DNA of 63,711 nucleotides, the filler included, from Octopus bimaculoides (Eukaryota), in the NCBI RefSeq assembly GCF_001194135.2. It is 6 parts of 6 records of this genome, joined end to end, with 100 filler letters (N's around TTAATTAATTAA, not from the genome) between each part and the next. Parts side by side here need not be neighbours in the genome. Positions count along the whole stretch, not along the records: positions 1 to 15,379 come from NC_068990.1; 5 more parts are not named here. One strand, given 5' to 3'. The notes below the pieces were generated by a model that saw only the letters and a list, made by a program, of their open reading frames with translations, had not been told where the DNA came from and searched no databases. Positions 1-12,710 of this stretch are shown one piece after another; positions within the stretch are counted from its first letter, which is position 1; each line of letters begins with the position of its first letter. Both the position numbers and the translations under genes were made by a program.

Positions 1-28
1 ATATATATATATATATATATACACATAT

Positions 29-196
29 ACGACGGGCTTCTTTCAGTTTCCGTCTACTACCAAATCCACTCACAAGATTTTGGTCGGCCCGAGGCTATAG
101 TAGAAGACACTTGCCCAAGGTGCCATGCAGTGGGACTGAACCCGGAACCATGTGGATGGGAAGCAAACTTCTTACAACACAGCCACGCCTACGCCA
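29..196 (-). mobile_element. tRNA-derived SINE, family A (head and core)
   Basis: Reverse complement closely matches the plus-strand copies at 46709 and 58592 (tRNA-like head, B-box-like GGTTCAGTCCC, ggcaccttgggcaagtgtcttctactatagcctcgggccgacc core). Confidence 0.85.
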
Positions 197-462
197 AGGT
201 TTTTTTTTTTTTTTTAAGAGGTTATGGAATAATAGATTTGGTACAGCGTTAGATTCAGGAAATTTAGATATAATGCTGCCCTGGCCCGACTTTGTCTTTT
301 ATTCATGAGAGTTGGATTTATTGAGTACCAAAAGATTACTGGTCAGTCGATCCGTTCGGCTGTTCAATTCTCCCCAATTACTGACTTTAGGAAATCGATA
401 TTATATGTATAATCTCGTGTTCTACTGACGCATTGATCTTACCCATCCATCTATGACAGATA

Positions 463-537
463 GGTAGATGAACAGAGAAGAAGAAGAAGAAGAAGAAGAA
501 GAAGAAGAAGAAGAAGAAGAAGAAGAAGAAGAAGAAG

Positions 538-568
<31 letters not shown>

Positions 569-570
569 GC
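463..570. repeat. (AAG)n followed by (AAC)n compound microsatellite
   Basis: Directly visible; produces the spurious poly-F/poly-L ORF at 387-725. Confidence 0.95.
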
Positions 571-1033
571 AACGAGACAAACATAAATAATTTAGGGTTC
601 TCGTTTTTTCTAAGACATGCTATATACTTTATAGATTCAGCGCGTCTAATAACAGTATCTAAAAATAGTTGTTTTTTAATTGATAACTTCAGCAAGGCAA
701 TGGGTTGGTATATTGTCCGCCTCACTCACTATTCATCTGTCTTATTCTTACCACCAGCTGCTTCCTTTACTAACAGATGTCACGCCTGAGCACTCAACAC
801 TCTCATACATATATAGCTGACGGTGAGGAGGTTAAGAAATCTAAAACTACCTGAACTTCAGTCAGTTTAGTGTTGGCAGATGGATATCAGTTAACGACTA
901 GATACATCTGCGACGTTGGAACATTTATTTATCTACTCATCTTACATGTTTTCAAGATTTGCTGCAAAGAATTTGGTGTGTTGAGAGTGTAAAAAGAGTA
1001 AAGTGGAAGGTAGCTAATGCAGACAAATGCAGG

Positions 1034-1093
<60 letters not shown>

Positions 1094-1095
<2 letters not shown>

Positions 1096-1800
1096 CTTTC
1101 TTTGTTAGCCACACAGGGTTGAACACAGATGGGACAAATACAATGTAGAGATCTTCTTTTTTTCGAGGGGGATGGGGGGCGAAAACAAAGTAAAAAAAAA
1201 CAAAAGTAGGGACAACGATCAAAAGGAATCGAAATTGTTTGGGGTATATACAAAAGAATAAAATATATACAAAAAGTTCCCAAGAAATGGGGAGGTTTAT
1301 CCGTGGAAAGAAAAATCTACGAAAAGACCACGGTAACCTCGGGCAATAATGTTACATGTTAATAGATTTATTTACAAAAGATAAGTAACTCTCTGCTTAC
1401 CTTTTGTAAATAAATCTATTAACATGTAACATTATTGCCCGAAGTTAAAGATAGATTAACTGAGATTTATCGAAATACAGGCATAGACATGACAAAATTA
1501 TTTACGTTTAACAGATCAGATGCAAACATGTAAATAGAAAGAAACAGGAAAGGAGACAGATATAATAATGGGAGGAGGCGGGGTAAAGTAGCGAAAGATG
1601 GAGGGAGAGTAGGCGATGGACCACATATTCCACAACAAATGGTGTACTCTGCAGCGTCCCCGGTAATGACTGTAATGGTGTTGTCGCGGATAATGGCCAG
1701 CGACACACGCTATGGTAGCCACTCCACCTCGCAGGGCTCATTTCTTCGACGGGCCGCCGTTATCCCTTTTTAGCGAAAGAAATCGGTAGTACGGAGAGAA
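1094..1800 (-). mobile_element. 3' end (non-coding) of a non-LTR retrotransposon, possibly L1/Tx1-like, ending at a (GATA)n tract
   Basis: Abuts (GATA)n at about 1033-1093 and resembles a common cephalopod LINE 3' UTR from memory. No ORF-level proof here. Confidence 0.4.
1339..1442. repeat. Perfect 42-bp inverted repeat with a 20-nt spacer (fold-back hairpin)
   Basis: 1339-1380 tcgggcaataatgttacatgttaatagatttatttacaaaag is the exact reverse complement of 1401-1442. Confidence 0.95.
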
Positions 1801-2160
1801 AAAGAGATTGGAGTATGCTGGTGATCGACTTCATGACAATCAATCTTGTGGCCTTTCTCTGGATGTTTGTTAGAAATTGCTAAAACAGTTGAAGAAATAT
1901 ATCTTTATTTGAAATAATTAAGATTCTAAAATACTCAGACATTCGTATACACTCTCAGACACATATTCAGAAAGACTCGAGCGAGAGCGCATATACGCAC
2001 ATACATGCTGTAATAGAAATATTGCAACAAAAACCTAAGAAAATATAAAGTACTAAAAATATCGTTTTTTTCTTCAGTGAGAGGATCCATCAAGACTGTG
2101 GTCAGTGGAAATTTGTGCGGCGAAGAATAAAGTAAACCCGTAGATTAACTAGGATTAACC

Positions 2161-4144
2161 ATGAGTTGGCATCATCTCAAATCACTCAACGAAGACAAAG
2201 AAATGTAAGTAACGCATTTTTTGGTAGATTCTTTACTTGATAATCTTTGTTCACTAGAGAAACGTCAGCAGCATAATGGAGTGTTTCAACAAGCGATTCA
2301 CCAGGCAAATTGACGTATTTCCAGATAATGAGTATTGCAATAGCAAGAACCCAACTGCGTGGTACATTGAGTATGTAGGTGTCTAACACGGTCTAAGATT
2401 GAACGTGATCTTGTGAGTGAAATACATACAGTGCAGACAGGGCTGGATTAAGACCCACAGAGACCCAAAACGTTTAAAAGATTTTGGTGCCTCAATATTT
2501 CCTTTTGGCGGTAAAAATTCGTTTCGTTGCCCTTGACAATAAACTTTCTATTTTCTATTTTATGTCAGTTGCCATAACAACATTTCTCTTCCAGATGTAG
2601 CTCTGTCACCAATGGTAATGTATTGCTGTTGTTGTTGTTTAGATCAATACCAAATCTGTCTTCGATCTGTCTTCTATCATTCATAACAAGCCAACCTTTT
2701 AAAATTGGTTTGGTTTTCCAGGAGACGTTAGATATGTTATATATTCTGTGAGGGTGTATATATATGTATATATTCTGCTATGAATAGTATTTTGTGGACA
2801 CGAAGAAACTGTATATATTGTGTCATGTATGTAGAAGCTAAAACACAAGATGGCCTTAATTAAAACAATATAGTTTTCAAAGTGATCCAACATAATATAC
2901 ACTCTATAAATGTGTAGATTCTAACAACAAGCAATTTTTCCAATTGTGTACCCCGTGTATTTCTGTGTTGACCCACTTTCCTCAATGCCCTACTCATGTA
3001 CTTATTTTGCTTAATGGTTAGTGCAGGGCATAGGGTTGATGGTACTAGGGGACAATATAAATTTCGACTCCCTTATAATTTTTTTTTAATGTTGACATGG
3101 AGAGAAAACTTCAGAAATGAAAAAAAGAGAACAGCTCAAAAGCAGCATCAAATCTTCAAATCGTTTCATCAATATAACACTGGGTACACAACCGGCAAGA
3201 ATCTCAGCGTATTTGCACACAAATACTAAATGGAAGGTGAATGGGTGTAGAGTGCTGTCGATCTGTAAATATAGTCCGTCATTGACGAAATCAAGAAAGG
3301 TCGAAATCATAAGATCTGGTGGTCTCGGCGCTAGAGGTGGCGGGGATTTATCTCCTTGCTGGCTATATAATCAAGAGGGCATTTTGCACCAAAAGCCAAT
3401 ATCAGAACTTCTCTCGTGGTATCTACCGCAGTATAGTTTGTTCTAAAAGAACATCTATGTTTAAGTGGGCATAAATATTATCTCTTGGCATTAATACTGC
3501 CTCTGTCGCTAATATATAGTATTTTTTAAATCAAATTTTCACCTAATAAATAAAATATGACTCAAAGAATACGTACGCTTGGAGGCATACATTATCCTTA
3601 CCAAAACAGCTTTTTTAGACTTTAAATCAACAAACATTCCCTCAGAACTTCTGTATCCAATTTGTTTTTATGACATTTTTTATGACAGAATTGTCAAAGA
3701 ATTTAATCTGTTTGTGTATTTCGAAGAACATAAAGACATGCTGTAGTGCTTCCTGGCATGTCACGCACCAGGTGACTTCTTGACTTACTGGTACTTTCAG
3801 CCAACACTGGATAAACATACGACGGACTTCCGCACAATTTCTAGCTTAGAAATTTAACAAACAAGGCATTGGTCAACCTACGGCAATGGTGGAAGACGTT
3901 AATCATGTAGATATATATCTGGAAATAGCCAATTTATTAGATGAGCTCTTTGTTAAACATATCTTCGAATCCCACCATATATATATATATATATATANNN
4001 NNNNNNNNNNNNNNNNNNNNNNNNNNNNNNNNNNNNNNNNNNNNNNNNNNNNNNNNNNNNNNNNNNNNNNNNNNNNNNNNNNNNNNNNNNNNNNNNNNNN
4101 NNNNNNNNNNNNNNNNNNNNNNNNNNNNNNNNNNNNNNNNNNNN

Positions 4145-4178
<34 letters not shown>

Positions 4179-7100
4179 TATGTGCGCGCGCGTGTGTGTA
4201 TGTATGCATGTGTGTGCGTGTGCATGTACGTGTATGCGCGCGTGTGCATATGTATGTATGTATTATGTTAGTACAACGAAAATGAGTCAAGAGAAATAAC
4301 TCAGAATGGCCAGTGAAATGAATGTGAAACGATAAAGATGAAGTTGTACTAATTGCCATATAAGATAAATTATTGATTTATTGTGATACTGAAGTTATCT
4401 TCGTTTCGAGAGAAGATGAACAAACACCTAGCGATAACTGCAACCGACTCCGAATGAGAAGCGGTTATAATCTCAAGAAATCAACAATTCACCGGAATAT
4501 GGAGATAACGTGTTTGCAGATAGATTCTGAATAAGTTTACATGTATACTTTCAATCAGCATACAATTGACCATGCTTCATAAAGAGAGCTGGTGGTAAAC
4601 CAAATAAGCTTCTACAGGACGATCCAAAGCATCACTTAATTGGTTTCGCCTGGTTATTGCTGGTTCATCATGAGTGTCTACTTCGTTGTTCAACAGAAAA
4701 CGACATTAACTTACAACTAATGAAGAATGCTAAGTGTAGCTGGCACTGATTTTCATAGAGGTACATTTATTAAGACGGCGAACTAGTAGAATCGTTAGCA
4801 CATTGGACAAAATGCTTTTGGGAGGAGCTTCTCATTAAACTCCTGAATTCATTTCCTACATACTGGAGTATTCATTGGTTACGACATTGAGTGTTCCAGT
4901 TGATTCGATTAACGGAACAGCCTGCTCGTGAAATTAACGCGCAAGTGGTTCAGCACTTAACAGAGTTCTCAAGGGGACACACTGAATGTCAAGGCTGGCC
5001 CATTGAAATACAGATACAACTTATTTTTGCCAGTTGAGTGGGGTGGAGCAACGCGAAATAAAGTGTCTTGCCCAAAGACACAAACAACGCACCGCTAGGA
5101 GTCGAACTCACGACCTTTCAATCATGGGTCGAATACACTAAGCCACTCGTCTTCTTGCAACGCTTGATCCATACAAGAAATATGTTTTGAGTACGTCCTA
5201 AGGTTTTTATCCAGTTTAGCTGTAGCTCAGTTTTGAAACTGAAGTAGTGGGGGGAAAATCGAATATAACAATTAACATTGTCTCTGAAAATGCAAGCCGA
5301 CACACCATCGGAATGAAAGACATTGTAGGTTGTGCCCCAACTCCATCTCTTTAAAAGATATTACCTCTTTTTTTTTTTTTTCATTTAGGATGCAGAGTTC
5401 ACTGAACAAAAGCAGAATGAAGAATGCAAAATTATTTGATGAAATATCTGACTTAAGCAAAGAAATATATAGATACAAAAGACGTCTTGAAAGAGCATAC
5501 AGACCAATTGATACTACTTATGAGGCAAAACCGAGGCGCCCAGTTTACGATAGTTATTCAACACTAAGATGCCCTGAAATATATTATCATGCACCTTCTT
5601 ACGGTTTTTACGATGGAGACTGGGAAGTAAGTTAATTTTAAATAAGTTATTTTTTCATCACTTTATTCATCACAAATTGGTTTTAATGTCGTTTAATTTT
5701 TGCAAAAAAAGATACCTAAATGTTCCATCTTCTGTTGAAATTTGCCCTTTTATATGGTACTACTATTCATTTACCGTTGAAAGTACTCTGTATCGGAACA
5801 TGATTTTTGCATTTTCTTATAATACACCTCGATACATCACGTCAATGCAGACTTTCACTATTATAATCGCATTTTAGTAATTATAGTAATTATTCTTTTA
5901 ATAAGTAATTGATTATCTGCGAAGCGTCCAGAGTTATATCCAAACGGTGTTAGGATGATGAAACAATATAACTGTAACTATTAACAATAATATTTTGAAA
6001 GATAGTCCAGTTCTGTATGGTATTTCGAAGCTCAGTCATGAATTTCTAATGTTAGATCGGGCACTGCTACTGACACATAGTATTGGTAATTCCATTTACG
6101 AAACGTCCAAGAACTTGCTAAAGTTCTTCTCTTCCATTCCTTTAGTTTTCTTTAATGCAACAATACATGTGGCTTCTTAAACATGTTTGTAGCAATTACA
6201 TGGAGGACATTTGCCGAGTATATCTGACAATTATAGTCTATAATATACATGGAGTGCATTTTGTTCTTGTTCGAAAATACGCGCGCGCGCGCGAACGTTA
6301 AGCTGGATTGAATGAATGAGAGAAGAGCACTCAATATGTTGTATAGAATATAAGGTTTTACTGAACTGAATGTTATCTCGCGATTTGAGTTTCAAATCAC
6401 TGCGATCTTCAGGTAAGAACTGTTACAAATAGGTTTGATAGTATATTCGTATTCGTTGGTATCCCTGTGATCACATCTTGTATTTCTTCATGGGTTTGCG
6501 TAAGGATTTGCTTTTATTTTTCTGCCTTATCAGAGAGTAATTTTTTTTTTTTTCTGATGGATTGATTGTTTGTTGCTGATAAAGGGTCTGCTTTTCATTT
6601 GTTATCTGTATATTCTGCTATTTTAGTTAAAGCTGTATTTTGAACTATCAAGTTACTTAAATGTCTAGATGTCCACTTCGTGGAATATTTCAAAGAGATG
6701 AACCTTTGATTTGTCACACTGAGCTATTAATTGTACTCTAGCGAAATGAATGTATTATATCATCAAATCGAATTTATCAAACACATGAGCGCTGTCCTCG
6801 GTATCCAAGGACGAGATAAGCTTTTAATGCAGAAATTCTTCACTTAACAAAAATTCGTTGAGTGGAAACCCTTCTTAATCTGCGTTTTATGGTGAATTAA
6901 ATACAAATACTGGTGGTAGTAATCATTACAGACAACGTTTAAATAACTGTATCAAACGCCTTAAAAACATAAAGCTATCAATTCTGATACTGGGATAGAA
7001 ATTTGACTGACTGTTTGGATAGAATAGCTTCCTCTAAGCTTACGTTCATTCTCTGGCACTTGAAGCTAGAGGAATTAGTTTACAATAAAGAGTTGTGTTA

Positions 7101-7480
7101 AAATACAAACATTCATGATAATGAATTTATATATGTATATATGTATGTACGCATGTATATATGCATACATATATGCATACATACATACATACATACATAC
7201 ATACATACATACATGCATACATGTGTGAGTGTTTGCCTATGCAAACATATGTATGATTAAATATGTATTAAAGTTTTTCATGAATGGGAATCTATTTACT
7301 TTGAATCTCACTTTTTTGTGTATTATATAAATGATTTCAAAGAAATCGCATTTACTCTCTATTTTTCCATAGATAAAAAGAGCTCCAGCCCCTGCAGACC
7401 CTATTGTCCAGAAGTCGTACCGAACTAAAGACGGAGTTTTACACCATATTTATACAGTAAAATCTGCACTTAAGTATTAA
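2161..7480 (+). CDS. Spliced orphan-like gene, 129 aa: MSWHHLKSLNEDKEMMQSSLNKSRMKNAKLFDEISDLSKEIYRYKRRLERAYRPIDTTYEAKPRRPVYDSYSTLRCPEIYYHAPSYGFYDGDWEIKRAPAPADPIVQKSYRTKDGVLHHIYTVKSALKY; coding exons 2161-2204, 5389-5626, 7373-7480
   Basis: Exon A: acceptor tttttttcttcAG at 2077, accATGa start at 2161 with in-frame TAA at 2146-2148, donor AT|gtaagt at 2204/2205. Exon B: T-rich tract then cattTAG at 5388, donor GAA|gtaagt at 5626/5627. Exon C: ttttccatAG at 7372, open to TAA at 7478-7480, AATAAA at 7965 and 8056. Phases (2, then 0) are mutually compatible and the joined frame has no stop. Confidence 0.7.
3336..3464 (+). promoter_or_regulatory. Possible alternative promoter and first exon (GC box, TATA, ATG TTT AA|gt) for the 2161-7480 gene
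   Basis: GGTGGCGGGG at 3336-3345, CTATATAA at 3363-3370, ATG at 3457, then AA|gtgggc at 3464/3465. The phase-2 end matches the exon at 5389 (would give MFKMQSS...). The donor is weak. Confidence 0.3.
4880..5155 (-). mobile_element. Diverged tRNA-derived SINE with a family-B-like 3' part and CORE-like middle
   Basis: gttccagttgattcgattaacggaacagcctgctcgtgaaattaacg matches the 36065 copy; ggagcaacgcgaaataaagtgtcttgccc is CORE-like; tRNA-like head near 5090-5150. Confidence 0.7.
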
Positions 7481-8906
7481 AATACTTAAAGAATATAAAC
7501 TATTCTGTCCAGAACTTACATTAGTAAACACTTTGAAAATATGAAGTAACTTATAACAGTGATTATTTCAGTTGAATTTTTTTTCATTTGCCTGTCGACA
7601 TTAACAACTAATATTGCTATTTATTTGGTTCAATTTCATATTTAACATATTAAAATGCTGGAGAATATCTTCGGCGAGAAGAAGCAATATTTTAAATCCA
7701 GTATTGAAAGACAATAACAACCGGAGAAAAGAAATGGATTTGAAAGTTGGCTTTCACCCTGTTTAACGACCACGCTTACTTTCTGCTTATTTTCTGACAG
7801 AATGTTCCGACTTGTATAAAAGCAGTTTCTAACATACAATATTGTTATAATGCATTCCTTGCAAGAAAATAAGAAATATATTTAAAAAATGTAAATGCGT
7901 CAAAAATATTGTTTGGTAATTATAATGCATTCGTAACTTTATGTAATAACATAAATTTCCATAAAATAAATTGATATACCATCTTACAAGCATTCTGTTT
8001 AAACATCATTAACGAATGTTGAAAAATAATGTATTCCTGATATAAAGCTTAAGAGAATAAAACATCATTTATGTATGGAATGAATAATCTTATTGATTAT
8101 TTTTAGCGATATAAAGTGGAAGTAGTTAAACTTAAAACAGATGATATTTTCAAGAAATTCAGGACATTGAAAACATTGATCATAAAACAACGTAAAAGAT
8201 TTAGTTCTAATTGAAAATTTTAATTTAATGAATTAATGCATGTGGTAAATACATATGAAAGTGAAATTCTAAACGAAGCCAGAGACATAATGGAGAAATT
8301 TTCGTTTCAATCCAAATAACGAATTAAATGGCAATTTTAAAAGAAGGAACATGGTTGTTTATTTATTGATTTTAATGAGAGACAATCCCCAGAGTTGGAC
8401 AGCTTTTCAGCTGAGACAAAAATTGCGATAACTTTCGGTTTTGCATTTACTTTGAATTAAATCTGAAAGAAATGTTTTTGCTATAGCTCTAATTATAGTT
8501 TATAATTTTCAGTGGAGGCTCTGTATTTAGGTATTTTATTTCACTTTTCAATGTTTCGTGTTTCAACTTCTACTGAAATTACTCAAAAGCCAGTATACAC
8601 GGAATGAATCATGCAAACCCCAACAGATAGGTTGTAATGATAAATGGAGATATCGTACTTTCTTTATACAGCATTACATAAAAAAATACTCAAGTCAAGT
8701 ATTCATTGTCGATATTATTCCAACTATTCCCAAGGATTCAAACTTATCAAAAGGCGATTTCTTCGATATTATTTTCTGAAATAGTTCAAGTTTATAAAGA
8801 TCCTGCTCTCTCTTCAAGAAATCGCCTGTCTCTTAATCCTTACCTCACGCACATACACGCCTAAAAGTTTACATATGTGTACACACACACACACACACAC
8901 ACACAG

Positions 8907-9050
8907 TGTCGACGCGTAGTCTAGTAATCACGAGCATAATACCGGGCTTCAATTCCTTCCTGGACCGAGCCGCGCCTTATGTCCTTGAGTAAAGTACTTC
9001 ATTTCCCGTTGGTCTAGTATACTCAATTTAAATTAATACCAACTGGTGCA
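8907..9050 (+). mobile_element. Diverged tRNA-derived SINE head between (CA)n and (CT)n
   Basis: A-box-like gcgtagtctagt, B-box-like ggcttcaattcc, then ttatgtccttgagtaaagtactt core-like sequence. Confidence 0.5.
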
Positions 9051-9123
<73 letters not shown>

Positions 9124-9302
9124 CATGCGCTCCTGCTCTCCAGAAGGTGTCTCTGCCTGCTCGCATGGCACCTAAACCAAAGAGGAAAATGAAACAATTA
9201 GCATGACGCATATTTCTCAAAAGAGACACCAACTTAACAATGTAAAGAAATTCACATAGATAAACAATATTTTCTCTCGTGATTGTAAGATAGATAACGA
9301 GC

Positions 9303-10380
9303 TGTTGCCATCCGTTCATCCATCTTCTTCGCCCAGTGTTCCTGAAAGTGTCTCCCTTCTCTTTCTCCTTCTCTCTCTCTCATCCTTCGTATATTTGTTT
9401 CTTCCACTTGTTTTTGTCGGCAACCTGTAGTTCCCAGTTGTGAAGGTCGAAATCGAATTGCAACAGCGAGTCTTTGACGCAGTCCTTGAAACGCTTTTTA
9501 GGTTTTTGCTAAGGCTTCTTTCCTTCAGTCAGCTCTTTGTAAAAGCATCTGCTTGGAGATACGACTATCGTCCAACCGTATCAGATGTCCTGCCCAGCGA
9601 AGGCGGTGCTTATGTGTATGAGTTTCTATGCTGAGTGTATCAACTTCTTCCAGTACCTCTGTGTCTGGAACATGTAAGGTCCAGTGAATGCTCAAGATCG
9701 ATCTCAGGAAGCACAGGTGGAAGCGCTCCAGTAGATCTAAATGTTTCCTGTAAACCACTCGAGTTTTGCAAGAGTAAAGAAGGCTTGCGAGAACAAAGGC
9801 ATTTCAGACATCTATCTTCGTTTTCTTTTCCAGGCTTTTCTGATACGTGGTCTTGAAGAACAGAAAAGGCGCCAGTGGCTTCCTTAAGTCGGGGAGTTAT
9901 TTCATCGTCGAGGGAACATTGATGGTTTATCGTGCTACCGAGATAGATGAAGTTGTCAACAACCTTCAGCTTCGCATAGGCTGTACCAAGTGCTGGTTGA
10001 AACATGACAATTATTTTATCCAAACTGATAGTCAGACCAAAGGTTGTGCATGACGGGGACAACTTGTCCATGAATCACTGTATAACTGTGGTAGTGTACG
10101 AGACCAGGTCGTAGTTATCGGCGTAGAAGAGATTGCAAGCAATAGTTAGGACATTCGATTTAGTAGCAAAGAAGCGTATGTTGAAAAGCTTGCCTGTGCT
10201 GCGATAGCGTACATACAGACCTCGGTTACAGCTTTTGAAGGCGTCAATAAGAACAATAGAAATGGAAAACAAAGTTGGTGCAACCGTGTCTCCCTGTTTA
10301 ACACAATTCTCTACTTTTATTGGTTTGGATATAATGCCTCCAACATACACAGATGCCTCCATGTCATCTATATGATGACA
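9303..10380 (-). mobile_element. RTE-clade LINE, 5'-truncated, degenerate reverse transcriptase C-terminal half
   Basis: Frameshifted ORFs carry VKQGDTVAPTLFSI, LFYADN, FGLTISLDKI, FIYLGSTI, LERFHLCFLRSIL and HRLRWAGHLIRLDDSRISKQML, all typical of RTE/BovB-type RT. Confidence 0.9.
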
Positions 10381-10777
10381 TGACGGACAAATTGAGAGAG
10401 AAAAAGAGAAGGGAGGATTGGGCACCAGCCCTGAAGTTATGTTATGGATAGACAGGCAGATTTTACGAGAATTATAATGATGTTTATAAAAGAGCCACAG
10501 ATAACTGATTGTAAAATAAAAGTGTAATTTAAGAAAACTCATTGGGTAAAAGAATAGAAATGAATTATTTGAATAGAAATATCGAATAGAAAGTAGACAA
10601 AAGAATCATGGGGGTGGAAAAGGAAAACGAAAAGTAATCTCTTGGAACAATTTGTTCAATGTTTAACATACCAAATCAGAAAGAGGCCTCAAAATCCTGA
10701 AACTCCACCAGCTCTTAGAAAATATTCTCAACAGCATGATAGAATGTCAGAAAATATCAAAGTTCTTGTTTTTGTTT

Positions 10778-10960
10778 AGCCCCAGGTCAACCCTGATTGA
10801 GCAGATCCATGATCAAAAGCATTCCACACATGATTATCTCGTTTCTAATTTTTCAGGACTACATTATCAATTCTGTCGTCTTTGTTTTAAAGATAGTAGT
10901 GTGATCTAAGTTAGGTATAGTTGCTATTTATAGCAGGTTGGGTGACTACGTTGAGGTTCT
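10778..10960 (+). repeat. Unclassified interspersed repeat (further copies at about 36795-36875 and 36982-37160)
   Basis: Shared tttagccccaggtca start and gctatttctagcaggtyg segment between copies. Confidence 0.55.
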
Positions 10961-12389
10961 CACGTTGATTTGATTAGAAACACCGCCACGAAAATGTTGT
11001 CCCGGTTGTACTCGGAATGCTAACAAAAGATCCAGATATAACCGTAAAATTGAAAAATAAGTACGTAAAAATCTTGTGGAAGTGATTTTAAAGTAATTTC
11101 GATTATCAGAATTCTGATATTCAGTCAAGTGAACTACATGTTTATCAAATTAACGTGTATCAGGTACAACCAACGCAACACATTGGGACAAGTTTGAACC
11201 TTTAAATCACAGGTGTGGTTTATCCGACGGACTTCTATGACGCTTACATCAATATAAATTCCCTCACAAGGTTTGAGTCAACTGTAGGCTATGGCAAAAG
11301 ACGCTCGTCCAGATTTTCTCGAAGTAGGATCGAAGCTGGGACTTTATGAATTATGAAGCAGGCATTTTAGTTACAGTTAAGGAACTATGATTATAGATAT
11401 AATTGTCTTAGATATACAGGGTGTTCGAGCGAAGGTTGTAGTTGAGAAAAACTTAGCTGATATGGAGGACTGGAAGTCTTCTGAGAATTGGAAAAGAGTT
11501 ACCTGTATCACGATGATACGTACTGAGTATCAAAATACTAATATCAATGCTCTGAGAACACTTCGCTATAAAGGCTGTAAGACGTGACATGGATAGTTGC
11601 AACGGAGACCACGAAGCCGTGGCCAGCATGAAGGGACACAGTAGGCATTCTGACTGCATCCATACGTCAAAATTCACCCTCCATATCTTTGAAAAGGAAC
11701 CTATGTATGCATATCATTATTATTAATAATATTATATCATATTAAATGCATGGTTTTGTCTTTTCCAAACTGAAAACATAAACGTTTCATGACAAAATAA
11801 TATTTCTAAAAGAACACTCCAACTGTTCAATAACTGATTGGGGAAACCGTACAGAGCAAACTCAAACATAACAAAATCGTGTTTAAATTAATTCATTACC
11901 GCTACTACTATTACTCCAATTAGTGAAGAACCGTTCCTTTCCCACTATCCACCTCAATCTGAATGTATACCTCGCAGCTCCATGATAAATCTGCCAATCG
12001 TAAATAAAGTAAACGCAACCTAAAAGTACACCGCTATTCTCAACGCGAGACATTATGCATATACAGTGACTACAACTTCACCTATTTACCAGTAACAAGA
12101 CGAATAGTTCATACAAGCAACCCCAGCCAACGCCAAATCACACATCTCACAATATCACCACCACCACCACCAAATACTAAATCAAACTTAATAGCTTCTA
12201 CAAGTGTAATCCGGAACCCTAAAATGTTCCGCAAGAGATTATGTCTGAAGCGTGATTGTCCCTTCCAGTGACTCGACCATTAAAAGCCAGCACTAAATTC
12301 ACAGTGCTGGTCCAGACTTTCCCAGAAACTCAGGGCCGCTATCTGACAGATTTTTTGCCGTGCTTCTGGCAGTGGAGACCTCCAGCTTC

Positions 12390-12630
12390 TTTGATGTATC
12401 CTACGAGCCTTCGTGACAAGAGAACTGATAGTTATGTTGACTCTATGGAAAACCTTTGTTCTGAGAAGATTAAATTACTGCTCACAGTTCTGGTCTCCAA
12501 CTCATCTGGTTTCATACAAGAAATTGAAGGGTTACAAAGTACATTTGCCAGTAAAATAACTTCGGTTAAAGGCCTTAATAATGACCGGGAACGTCAGAGT
12601 GCTCTGCGTCTCTACCCTTTTAAAAGCTGG

Positions 12631-12710
<80 letters not shown>

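Noticed and set aside
2438-2520. cagggctggattaagac as an hAT terminus
   Set aside because: No matching opposite TIR or TSD was found.
6390-6418. Strong CAG|GTAAGA donor in intron 2 of the candidate gene
   Set aside because: No good upstream acceptor, and the implied 23-nt exon would shift the frame. It could be a cryptic or recursive site but is unsupported.
8513-8530. 18-nt exon (WRLCI*) as an alternative last coding exon after the 7456 donor
   Set aside because: The 7456 donor (ACA|gtaaaa) is weak, read-through to the stop at 7480 with downstream AATAAA is simpler, and a stop followed directly by an intron is unlikely.
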